From Promethearchaeum syntrophicum (GTDB taxonomy: Archaea > Asgardarchaeota > Lokiarchaeia > Sigyniarchaeales > Promethearchaeaceae), in the NCBI RefSeq assembly GCF_008000775.2, contig NZ_CP042905.2, forward strand, positions 2,940,001 through 2,972,000: a stretch of 32,000 bases of DNA, read 5' to 3'. Below are positions 8,516-17,222 of the stretch, in pieces. Position 1 is the first letter of the stretch. Each line of letters starts with the position of its first letter. Made by a program: the position numbers and the translations under genes. The notes beneath the pieces were generated by a model. It was not told the DNA's origin. It saw only the letters and a list, made by a program, of their open reading frames with translations, and made no database searches.

Positions 8516-9310
8516 ATGAACTTTTTTCAGAAATTAATTTTAGCCCTCCTTCAAGCTATTTTAGAATGGCTTCCGGTTAGTAGTGAAGGTTTTTTAATGC
8601 TAACAGCTATAAATATTTTCGGAGAATCAGCAGATGCAGCTTTTAGCTTAGCAATTTACTTTCATTTAGGTACTGCACTAGCGGTTCTAGCAAAATACTG
8701 GAGAACATATTGGGACGCATTAGTCAAAGATCATGATATTTTAAGATTATTGATTATTTCAACAATATCTACTGGTATTATTGGAATTCCGCTATATTTA
8801 TTACTAGGAGAAGTTTTTACAGAAGTAACAGGGATGGCTATAACACTCATAATTGGAATTACGTTAATAATAACTGCCACATTACTGCGTTTTGGAAAAT
8901 TAAATGCTTCTGATAAATTAGAAATGAAAGACCGGAATCTATTGGATGAATTTGCATTAGGTGCTTGTCAAGGGTTTGCGATTTTACCTGGTATTAGTCG
9001 CTCTGGTACTACCGTTTCATTCTTACTCCTAAGAGGATTTAAAAGAGAAGACGCTTTTAAAATGAGTTTCATTATATCCTTACCTGCAGTTATAGGAGCG
9101 ATCTTATTTGATATAATATTCGGGAGTGGAAATACTACAACAGTATTAGGTTGGGATTATTTTGCGTTAATGTTAATTGTTGCTGTAGTTGCATACTTTA
9201 TGATGAGTGGTTTGCTGAAATTTGCTAAAAAACTTTCATTTGATAAAATATGTTATATACTAGGTGGAATTACAATCATTCTGGTCATATTGTTTTATAT
9301 TTTTAGTTAA
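8516..9310 (+). CDS. uppP: Undecaprenyl-diphosphatase family (UppP/BacA-like) membrane phosphatase
   Basis: 264-aa ORF; ALLQAILEWLPVSSEGFLML, FHLGTALAVLAKYWRTYW, GACQGFAILPGISRSGTTVSFLLLRGFKREDAFKMSFIISLPAVIGA. Confidence 0.93.
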   Translation: MNFFQKLILALLQAILEWLPVSSEGFLMLTAINIFGESADAAFSLAIYFHLGTALAVLAKYWRTYWDALVKDHDILRLLIISTISTGIIGIPLYLLLGEVFTEVTGMAITLIIGITLIITATLLRFGKLNASDKLEMKDRNLLDEFALGACQGFAILPGISRSGTTVSFLLLRGFKREDAFKMSFIISLPAVIGAILFDIIFGSGNTTTVLGWDYFALMLIVAVVAYFMMSGLLKFAKKLSFDKICYILGGITIILVILFYIFS

Positions 9311-9322
9311 AAAATAAAAGAT

Positions 9323-10336
9323 GTGAAAAAAATGAAAGCCATGGTTCTCAGAAAAACCAATACTATTGAAAAATTACCCTTGATATATACTGAAATACTT
9401 AAACCAGAACCACAACAAAATGAAATTCGGATAAAAATTAGAACTTGCGGAGTTTGCCATACGGATCTTCATGAAATAGAAGGAGATCTCCCAACAAAAA
9501 AGCTAAATCTCGTTCCAGGGCATGAAATTATTGGAATAGTAGATAAATGTGGGATCAATGTTGAAAATTTTTCAAATGGGGATCGAGTAGGAGTCCCTTG
9601 GCTATATTCTGCTTGCGGTACTTGTAAATATTGTAAACGAGGACAAGAAAATCTTTGTGATAATGCAAAATTCACTGGATATAACGTAAACGGCGGTTAT
9701 GCAGAATATATGGTTGTTTCAAGTAATTTTGCATATAAAATCCCCCTGATTTTTTCTGACGCTGAAGCAGCTCCACTAATGTGTGCTGGAGTAATTGGAT
9801 ATAGATCAATTAGATTGTCACAGATAAAACCTGGAGAAACTTTAGGTTTATTTGGTTTCGGTGCTTCTGCTCATATCGTTATCCAAATTGCATTATATTG
9901 GAAGTGTAAAGTTTTTGTTTTTACGCGCTCTAAAAATCATCAAGAACATGCAAGAAAATTAGGAGCTTCTTGGGTGGGAACTTCAAAAGATAATCCACCA
10001 AGAAAAATTGATAGCGCAATCTCCTTTGTACCTTCAGGATTGATAATTCACGATATTTTAAGAGTTCTTGATAAGGGAGGAACTCTAGCAATAAATGCTA
10101 TACACCTAACTGATATTCCCGCTATTCAATGGAATCTTTTATATTATGAACGTCAAATAATCAGTGTTGCAAACACAACTAGACAGGATGCAATCGAATT
10201 TTTAAAATTAGCAGGAGAAATACCTATTAAAATTGAAGTTCAAACATATAACCTAAAAGATGCAAATAAAGCACTTCAAGATTTGAAAAATAGTAAGTTT
10301 AATGGGGCTGCAGTACTATTAATAGAAGAAAAATAA
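9323..10336 (+). CDS. Zinc-dependent alcohol dehydrogenase (MDR superfamily)
   Basis: 337-aa ORF; RTCGVCHTDLHEIEGDLP, LVPGHEIIGIVD, GDRVGVPWLYSACGTCKYCKRGQENLCDN structural and catalytic zinc motifs. Confidence 0.93.
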   Translation: MKKMKAMVLRKTNTIEKLPLIYTEILKPEPQQNEIRIKIRTCGVCHTDLHEIEGDLPTKKLNLVPGHEIIGIVDKCGINVENFSNGDRVGVPWLYSACGTCKYCKRGQENLCDNAKFTGYNVNGGYAEYMVVSSNFAYKIPLIFSDAEAAPLMCAGVIGYRSIRLSQIKPGETLGLFGFGASAHIVIQIALYWKCKVFVFTRSKNHQEHARKLGASWVGTSKDNPPRKIDSAISFVPSGLIIHDILRVLDKGGTLAINAIHLTDIPAIQWNLLYYERQIISVANTTRQDAIEFLKLAGEIPIKIEVQTYNLKDANKALQDLKNSKFNGAAVLLIEEK

Positions 10337-10420
10337 TTTTAGATAAAATTGTCAAATTGAATTAATCTTGGCTTTTTGAAGAACCATTAAATTCCAAAAT
10401 ATGAACTGATTTAAGTTCAT

Positions 10421-13400
10421 ATGATGAAAATAATAATTATGATACTAAAATTAAATTTTCAACAAATGAATCTACCACTCCAAATTTCTAATCTTAGTCC
10501 GTATGATTACGTGAGCTATGGTATGACCATATTATTTTCTATAATAGGGATGCTGATTTTCATCAGAATGATGAGATATATCAGAGCAGAATTAAAGACC
10601 GCCCCTAAATATACACTTTTCCAAAAAATGAAGAATTTTCTGAGCGCTGTGACTTTTAGTTTAATGGTTTCCCTAGCCATAGTTTTTGTTTTAGCCCTAA
10701 TTTCATCATCTTTGGCCATAAATGCTTCATTAGCGATCAACAGAGGCGTTGGTTCAGATTTAGCATGGTCAGCAGGTATAATTCAAGCATTTAAATTTCC
10801 AACATTTATTCCGATAACTGCTACAATTATTGCAGGATTTTCGCTTTTCTATCCTCTTTACGAATATCTTATTTTGGCGGCTCCTGGCCAGGACGGAAAT
10901 ATGGAAATCCAACAGTTTCTGGAGAAAAAAATAATTGATCGCACATCACCACCTATAAGCTATCTTGTTTCAATTTTATTATATCTTTTCATTGTAGTTC
11001 TTGCGCCAACAGTTACATCATTTATTGCATTGAACTATTGGAACGTACCATCATATCTTGATGCCCCATGGGTAATTGGTCTTATCTTTTTTGTATGGAT
11101 TTTATTAGGACCAATGTTTTATCTATCATATTATTCCAAGATAGGGGCAGCCCATTCATTTTTTAGGGGTCGACGGGTAAACAGAAAGAAAGATAAAAAG
11201 ACGGGGTTCTGGTATTGGATTGCAATCCTTACTATTTTTAACACTGTATGGGCATTTATCCAATTTATTCCAATTTTATGGGGAGATTTTCCTGATCCTA
11301 CATCTCCTTTACAAAATTTCGAAGAGACTCGAGGAGATTTTATGCATACCTTAATTACCTTTTTATACAATAGAGAATTAATTTCAATAGAAACAGTCGA
11401 AAGTCTCTTCACTTTTCTTGCAATAGTTCCAATAGAATTTCTTCTTTTTATAATTACAACTTCCTTCTTTGGTTTGCTTGGATTTTATGCTAAATTTATC
11501 AGTAAAGAACCTTTGAATTCGCCAAAAATGGTATTATTCGCAGCTTATATTATCTGCGGAATAGCTTTCTCAATATTTGTTGATCAGATGGTAAAATATC
11601 CATATACCTTTCCGGATGCATTCTTAAATCAAATTGGATTAAATTTACATTTATCACCAGCACCGGGAGTATCTGAAGCAACTCTAGTTCGTGATCAAGA
11701 AATTTTTGTACGCATTTTTTCAACGGCAATTTTAATCGTAAAAACTTTGGACATAGTATTCTTATTCAATTTTCTTTTCAGAAGGAAAGAAATTAAAAAT
11801 CAGGCTGATGAATGGGTTTTAAACAAAGCAATTTTAGAAAATGATTTTGAAATCATTAAGAAATACTCGAGTCAAAAAAATTCTGAAACCAGATTAATGG
11901 TGGCTCAATCTGTTATTAACTATATACAACTAAAAGACGTACTTTCTAAAGAATCCTCAATAAGCATCGCAGATATCATGGAAGTTCTTATTAATGATGA
12001 AGATCCGGTTATTTCTGGAATAATTTCTAAACATCAAGGTGTGATAATAAGTAAACTACACCAAGATTCCCTTCTCCTTTCTTTGAAAAAGTTGTTAAAA
12101 TCAGAAGAGAAAATAAAAAATAAAAATGCAATCAATGTTCTTGAGAAAATATCAAGGGAAAATATGATCCATACTCGAATTTTACTAAAGGAAATTGTAT
12201 CATCCAACCTTTCTCAAGGAGGAGCCGAGAGTTTATTTGATTTTATTGCCGAAATTGATCAAAGAAATCATGGTTTGGCGTCTAATTTAATTGAACATCT
12301 ACTGATAAATGAAAACGAAAATTTAGTTTATGGTAGTTTAACAGTTATTGGAAAAAACTTATCAAATTTCCAACCTGAATATTCAAAAATACAACCCGAA
12401 TTATCTCAATTACTTCAACATTCAAATGTTGAAATAATTGCTAAAACGATTGATGTCTTTTCTTCATTAGCAAGCAAAAAACAAGAACATATTCCTGATG
12501 TAATGAAAGAATTTAATATAATGACAGCTATTTCACCAGAGATAATAAGGCAAAGAATTGGAGCTTTGGTTAAATTCGCAATTGTTCAACCTGAATGGTT
12601 AAATTCATTATTTGACTATTTAGAAATTTATTTAAATCATCCAAATCCTCGAATTGTAGAAGATGCTGCTGTTTCTTTAGGAAGCATTTCATCAACAATT
12701 GACTTGAAAGTATTTTTCGATCGAATTTTTCCATTTTTTAGAAAATTGGTTCATTCTAATGATCTAAATGTAAAAAAAGCGATTCTCTCATCCATGGTTG
12801 TAATATCAAAAATAAGAGAAGATATTGCAAAAGATGACAGGTTCCAACATCTTTTTAGTATTTTATTGATAGATCCTCATGTAGAAATTCGACATCAAGT
12901 CTTTAGGTTTATTGGTGAAGGAGATCCACAATTTATTTTAGGTGATATAGCAGCATTACTAACAAGTCCACTCAAAATCCAAGTTCGTATTGATTTAATG
13001 AATATATTAGCTTCTATTGCTGAAAAAATAATCCCTTATATTGATGAACTTCAATTGATTGAAATTCTTCAAAAACAAAATTTCGTAAAGGAAAAAGAAC
13101 TAAATTTTCAAGATATGATAGAATTACAAGCAGATCAATCCAAAATTTTTGGTTTTCATGAAGGAGTTAAATCAGTTTCATTAATCGGGGCAACAATTGC
13201 ACTTCTTTATGAGATTCTTTATTTCTCTCCTAAATATTATGATAATATTAATTCATTTATTAATGAAAATTTAGAAAAAGGACAGGAACTTGCTGCGGCA
13301 AAGAAAATCGAATACAAGTGTAAAGTTGTAATGGATGAATTGAAGAGAATTAAAGATCATGGGTCAAGAATAACTTTAGAAGGATTATTAAAAGATTTAG

Positions 13401-14980
13401 AGAGAGATGTGTTTATTGTTGAACCTCTAACTCAGAAAATTATTGCAGAATTTCTTTATGATGTTTATCCTATAAAAAAAGAATTCCACATAGAATTTTT
13501 CGAGATTTATACAGCTTTATGTAAACAAAGAGAATTAGAAGACAGTGATCTAAAGAGTATTTTATTAATGGGAATGGCACAAATTGTAGCGGAAAATCAT
13601 GAAATATACTTCAAACCAATGAGAATGAAAAATCTAATTGAATTTAAAGCCACGAAAACGAACCCATTTGAAACCTGTTTTAAACCGTTTTTACTTTCTA
13701 ATATGAATTCTACAGAAGAAAATATATATCAAGGAGTTTCAAAAGCGTTATACTTAATTATAGAAGTTAGTGAACAAGATAAACTAATAAGAGGGCTGTT
13801 ATTAGAAACGATTTCAAATTCTAAAAACCCCAATATCAAAATTACAGCGATAAAGGCTTTAATATCACTTCCACTTCAAATAGAAGATGAGATTACAATT
13901 AATGTTCTTTTAAAGCAAGTTAAATCAAAACATCCTTTAGTTCAAGCTGAAGCAATTCGATCTTTAGGTAACATTATTCGGATATTTCCAGTTACTTCAA
14001 CGAGATCAAGGAGTAAAGAATTTAAAAAGCTGAAGAACTTAATATATAAGGTTATTTTCGAACCCTACAAACCTGAAGCACCTTTAGAAATTAAAGAAGC
14101 GATCGTTGAACATTTACCCACCATAACTTTATTGCATCCAGATCTAAAAGTGTGCTTAAGTGCAATTAAAGCGATGGGATTGGATCCTGTTCCTTCAATT
14201 ACAACAGCTGCCGTTGAGACATATTTCCAATTAATTGATTATAAAATATCTTGCATATCTAAAGAAAAACCAAAAAACGAATCTCAACGCTTTGAATCAA
14301 TTTATGGAAATAATATCCCCGAATTACGGTTATTCCGACATTTTGCGAATAGTTCATTAACAGAAGTAAATAATATGTTGATTCGGAAAATTATAGCGCT
14401 ATATGAAAAAGAATCTGATAAAATTAACATAGATCCATTACTACCTAGCTTGACAAAATTAGCTACATCAACTTCTAAAGACATAAGAGCTCAAACTATT
14501 GCAATATTCAGTGAAATTTATTTGAAAGACCAAAAAACATTTGAATTTCTACTAGAAATGTTTTTGAAACTTGCAAACAACCGAAATCCTGAAGTAAGAC
14601 GTGATATTTGTGAGAATTTATTTAAAATAATATTCGCAAATCCAATAGGTTTCCAAGAAAATATTTCAATATTCCAAACATTACTAAAACTTTCAATGGA
14701 TTCAGATTTTGAAATTCAATCAATTATTGCAATGAATTTAAAAGAATGTATTGAAAAATGTCCGAAAAGAGCCAATGATTTACTTCAGATCATTTATGTT
14801 TTCTTACGAAGATCGGATGCGCCAATTAAACAGAAAGCAATTATGGCAATTAGGGATATCTGGGTAAAAAATCCAATTTTACAGAAAGATATCTTAAATA
14901 GCGTTCAAAGATATTATAAGAAATCGGGAGATGCGCTACTTCTGACATTAATAGGGAATTTATCTGAAGTAAAAAAATAA
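10421..14980 (+). CDS. Giant membrane protein with C-terminal HEAT/ARM-like repeat array
   Basis: 1519-aa ORF; about the first 475 residues contain multiple hydrophobic helices, the rest is repetitive alpha-helical sequence (e.g. PRIVEDAAVSLGSISSTIDLKVFFDRIFPFFRKLVHSNDLNVKKAILSSMVVISKI; NRNPEVRRDICENLFKIIF; APIKQKAIMAIRDIW). True start possibly ATG at 10466 (MNLPLQISN). Confidence 0.85.
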   Translation: MMKIIIMILKLNFQQMNLPLQISNLSPYDYVSYGMTILFSIIGMLIFIRMMRYIRAELKTAPKYTLFQKMKNFLSAVTFSLMVSLAIVFVLALISSSLAINASLAINRGVGSDLAWSAGIIQAFKFPTFIPITATIIAGFSLFYPLYEYLILAAPGQDGNMEIQQFLEKKIIDRTSPPISYLVSILLYLFIVVLAPTVTSFIALNYWNVPSYLDAPWVIGLIFFVWILLGPMFYLSYYSKIGAAHSFFRGRRVNRKKDKKTGFWYWIAILTIFNTVWAFIQFIPILWGDFPDPTSPLQNFEETRGDFMHTLITFLYNRELISIETVESLFTFLAIVPIEFLLFIITTSFFGLLGFYAKFISKEPLNSPKMVLFAAYIICGIAFSIFVDQMVKYPYTFPDAFLNQIGLNLHLSPAPGVSEATLVRDQEIFVRIFSTAILIVKTLDIVFLFNFLFRRKEIKNQADEWVLNKAILENDFEIIKKYSSQKNSETRLMVAQSVINYIQLKDVLSKESSISIADIMEVLINDEDPVISGIISKHQGVIISKLHQDSLLLSLKKLLKSEEKIKNKNAINVLEKISRENMIHTRILLKEIVSSNLSQGGAESLFDFIAEIDQRNHGLASNLIEHLLINENENLVYGSLTVIGKNLSNFQPEYSKIQPELSQLLQHSNVEIIAKTIDVFSSLASKKQEHIPDVMKEFNIMTAISPEIIRQRIGALVKFAIVQPEWLNSLFDYLEIYLNHPNPRIVEDAAVSLGSISSTIDLKVFFDRIFPFFRKLVHSNDLNVKKAILSSMVVISKIREDIAKDDRFQHLFSILLIDPHVEIRHQVFRFIGEGDPQFILGDIAALLTSPLKIQVRIDLMNILASIAEKIIPYIDELQLIEILQKQNFVKEKELNFQDMIELQADQSKIFGFHEGVKSVSLIGATIALLYEILYFSPKYYDNINSFINENLEKGQELAAAKKIEYKCKVVMDELKRIKDHGSRITLEGLLKDLERDVFIVEPLTQKIIAEFLYDVYPIKKEFHIEFFEIYTALCKQRELEDSDLKSILLMGMAQIVAENHEIYFKPMRMKNLIEFKATKTNPFETCFKPFLLSNMNSTEENIYQGVSKALYLIIEVSEQDKLIRGLLLETISNSKNPNIKITAIKALISLPLQIEDEITINVLLKQVKSKHPLVQAEAIRSLGNIIRIFPVTSTRSRSKEFKKLKNLIYKVIFEPYKPEAPLEIKEAIVEHLPTITLLHPDLKVCLSAIKAMGLDPVPSITTAAVETYFQLIDYKISCISKEKPKNESQRFESIYGNNIPELRLFRHFANSSLTEVNNMLIRKIIALYEKESDKINIDPLLPSLTKLATSTSKDIRAQTIAIFSEIYLKDQKTFEFLLEMFLKLANNRNPEVRRDICENLFKIIFANPIGFQENISIFQTLLKLSMDSDFEIQSIIAMNLKECIEKCPKRANDLLQIIYVFLRRSDAPIKQKAIMAIRDIWVKNPILQKDILNSVQRYYKKSGDALLLTLIGNLSEVKK

Positions 14981-15120
14981 TTCGAAATCAATTCTGATTT
15001 TTTCCTTTCTTTTTTCATTTATTTACCCGTATTAAGCGATTGTGATAAGAATTAATAACTAAAGTATGTTTTTAAAAGTAACTTCAAATTATTATAAATT
15101 TGATTTTGTAAGTTGGTTTT

Positions 15121-15375
15121 ATGTCTGAAGAAAAGAAAACTGGAATTGTAAAATGGTTCAACAGTAGAAAAGGATATGGTTTTATTACACCTGCTGAAGA
15201 TGCTGAAGGAGCTGATATCTTCGTTCATTATACAGCTATCAAAGTTGAAAGTGATGATCAATATAGAGCTTTAAATGAAGGAGACAAAGTAAGCTTTAAA
15301 GTGAGTGATGGGAAGAAGGGCCCTGAAGCCCGTGACGTTGAAATCGTAGAAAAAGCTCCACGTGACAGAAGTTAG
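15121..15375 (+). CDS. Cold-shock domain protein (CspA-like)
   Basis: 84-aa ORF; TGIVKWFNSRKGYGFITPAEDAEGADIFVHYTAI...VSFKVSDGKKGPEARDVEIV with RNP1 and RNP2. Confidence 0.95.
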   Translation: MSEEKKTGIVKWFNSRKGYGFITPAEDAEGADIFVHYTAIKVESDDQYRALNEGDKVSFKVSDGKKGPEARDVEIVEKAPRDRS

Positions 15376-15409
15376 AGAAAAAAAAGAGATGTTTTTTCAT
15401 TAAATTTTA

Positions 15410-16810
15410 TTAATTCTTATATTGTTTTAATTTTGAGATAAATCCTTGAATTAATTTAGAAGATTGTAATTCTCCTTTTGAATTTAATTCCTTTTGAGCT
15501 ACCGAGCAGAGTTTTAATAATTCAGAAATACCACTCATAAGAGAAAGACTGATAAATGTTTTGTGAGAACGTAAAATATTGTCGGGATTTTGCACTGAAT
15601 TTATGATAGGAGGAAATCTCTCGTTAATTAGGATTCTCAATTGATTATCAGGTCGGTTAGGTTCAAAACTACCTTCTAAAACATCTAACATTTTATGTTG
15701 AATTTCTTCTAAGAATTTGTGAATTGTGCAATTTTTAGAGAATTTGACTTTATCAGCACAGCGAAAAACAGCCAATCGCATTATTTCTTCCCACAAATGA
15801 GCATATTTTCGGATATAAGGGTACATGGTTCGATTAATTTCGGTGGATAAATGACCATGGAATTCTTCTTTTGATTTATCCCAATATTTTTTCGATGTTT
15901 CAATAATGGATTTATTATCTATGAATTCTAATCTAGTTTTTCCAAAAACTTCATCAGGATGACTAATTGCGGGTAAGATTTCTGCACCTGTTCTCTTATG
16001 GAGAGAAATATAACTTTGGGGAGTATGAATTAAGTAGGGAAATTTCCCGAATATAAATGGTACTCTTAATTGGGATTTTGTGGAATAATCATGATATACG
16101 ACGAATGCATTGTTCTCTTTCAAGATTGATTCAATTTTATGTGAAATTTTAGAAAATTTTGTTGAAGCAAATGCATAAGCATTACTAAATGATGCTCTGT
16201 TAGCAGTTTCATACATAAGTAGATTAGAAACACTAACGACTAACGCAATTTTTTTATTTAAACCAGGGATTTGTATCATAATATTTGGGGAATGTAAAAA
16301 TTGACCAATATGAAGAATAGGGATAATTACCCCTTTTCCCTTCTTAAAAGCTTCTTCTAATCTTTCTGAATGTTGCAGACTATAAAACTTATCGAAAGGT
16401 AAATCTCCTGTAAGGGGGAATCTGAAGGCAATATCTAAAAAGAGCATGGCCATAAATTTATTTGCAGCATCAATTAATTTTTGAAGTCTTTTCTCTGAAA
16501 TTCCGGGATATAGTGCAGTAAAACTTGCTCTCATTTTTCTTTGAACAGATTTCGAGGATCCAAAAGCAAATTTTCCTATGAAATGTCCAAATCCGTTTAA
16601 TATAGAAAACGGGACGAATCGAAATGGTGAATATATATGATTTTTATGTATCCAAGCGAAGATTTTAAATACAGGACCCATAGTTGTTCCCCAGCTCTGA
16701 TCGGATTTTTTTGTTCGAAAACTTTCTGATTTTTCTGATGGGGGTTTTTTTCCCACTTTTTTCTGATCTGAGCGCAAGGATTTCTTATCAGCATAGTAAA
16801 TATGAGCCAT
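15410..16810 (-). CDS. LpxL/HtrB-like lysophospholipid/lipid A acyltransferase family protein
   Basis: 466-aa ORF; EEAFKKGKGVIIPILHIGQF...ILKENNAFVVYHDYSTKSQLRVPFIFGKFPYLIHTPQSYISLHKRTGAEILPAI matches the general LpxL-family layout. Confidence 0.65.
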   Translation of the reverse strand: MAHIYYADKKSLRSDQKKVGKKPPSEKSESFRTKKSDQSWGTTMGPVFKIFAWIHKNHIYSPFRFVPFSILNGFGHFIGKFAFGSSKSVQRKMRASFTALYPGISEKRLQKLIDAANKFMAMLFLDIAFRFPLTGDLPFDKFYSLQHSERLEEAFKKGKGVIIPILHIGQFLHSPNIMIQIPGLNKKIALVVSVSNLLMYETANRASFSNAYAFASTKFSKISHKIESILKENNAFVVYHDYSTKSQLRVPFIFGKFPYLIHTPQSYISLHKRTGAEILPAISHPDEVFGKTRLEFIDNKSIIETSKKYWDKSKEEFHGHLSTEINRTMYPYIRKYAHLWEEIMRLAVFRCADKVKFSKNCTIHKFLEEIQHKMLDVLEGSFEPNRPDNQLRILINERFPPIINSVQNPDNILRSHKTFISLSLMSGISELLKLCSVAQKELNSKGELQSSKLIQGFISKLKQYKN

Positions 16811-16953
16811 AATAGTTCTAGTTAGTAATTTTTATAATACTTAATATACCTTTTGATCTATATAATATTCTTAATCATCGTTTTACTTAACCAACCTTTT
16901 GTATTAATATTCATAAACCCATAGGTTTTTTAATCCGAATTTTCGTAAGTTGG

Positions 16954-17160
16954 TTGGTGATAAAATTGTCGGAGGATGCAGAGAGTCTTGTATTTAGAGC
17001 TAATAAAAAAGCGGACTTGAAGCGTGATTCAAACAAAATCCCAAAAATTGATGTTGATCCTATTTTAAGAGATAGCTACATCTCATTCTTAGAAAATATA
17101 TATGACGACGTAATTAATGCTCGAATCCGCTCAAATAACAAACAAAACGATATAAAATAG
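16954..17160 (+). CDS. Hypothetical small protein
   Basis: 68-aa ORF with TTG (16954) or GTG (16957) start; charged, MVIKLSEDAESLVFRANKKADLKRDSNKIPKIDVDPILRDSYISFLENIYDDVINARIRSNNKQNDIK. Confidence 0.55.
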   Translation: MVIKLSEDAESLVFRANKKADLKRDSNKIPKIDVDPILRDSYISFLENIYDDVINARIRSNNKQNDIK

Positions 17161-17222
17161 CACGTTTTTTTTTTTCTTTCCTTTTTCCCTTCTTATTTTT
17201 TGTACTGAACTTTTTAATTTTC
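17161..17222 (+). terminator. T-rich tract, probable transcription terminator after the 68-aa ORF
   Basis: cacgttttttttttttctttcctttttcccttcttattttttg immediately 3' of the stop codon, in a convergent intergenic region; archaeal termination occurs at poly-T tracts. Confidence 0.5.

Noticed and set aside
10516-11412. Minus-strand ORFs 10516..10740 and 11131..11412 opposite the giant membrane protein
   Set aside because: Antisense shadows of a long, convincing coding frame, with low-complexity hydrophobic or basic translations and no domain signature
15052-15261. Minus-strand 69-aa ORF over the cold-shock gene
   Set aside because: Antisense to a textbook CSD protein; Phe/Ser/Lys-rich translation typical of AT-rich noise
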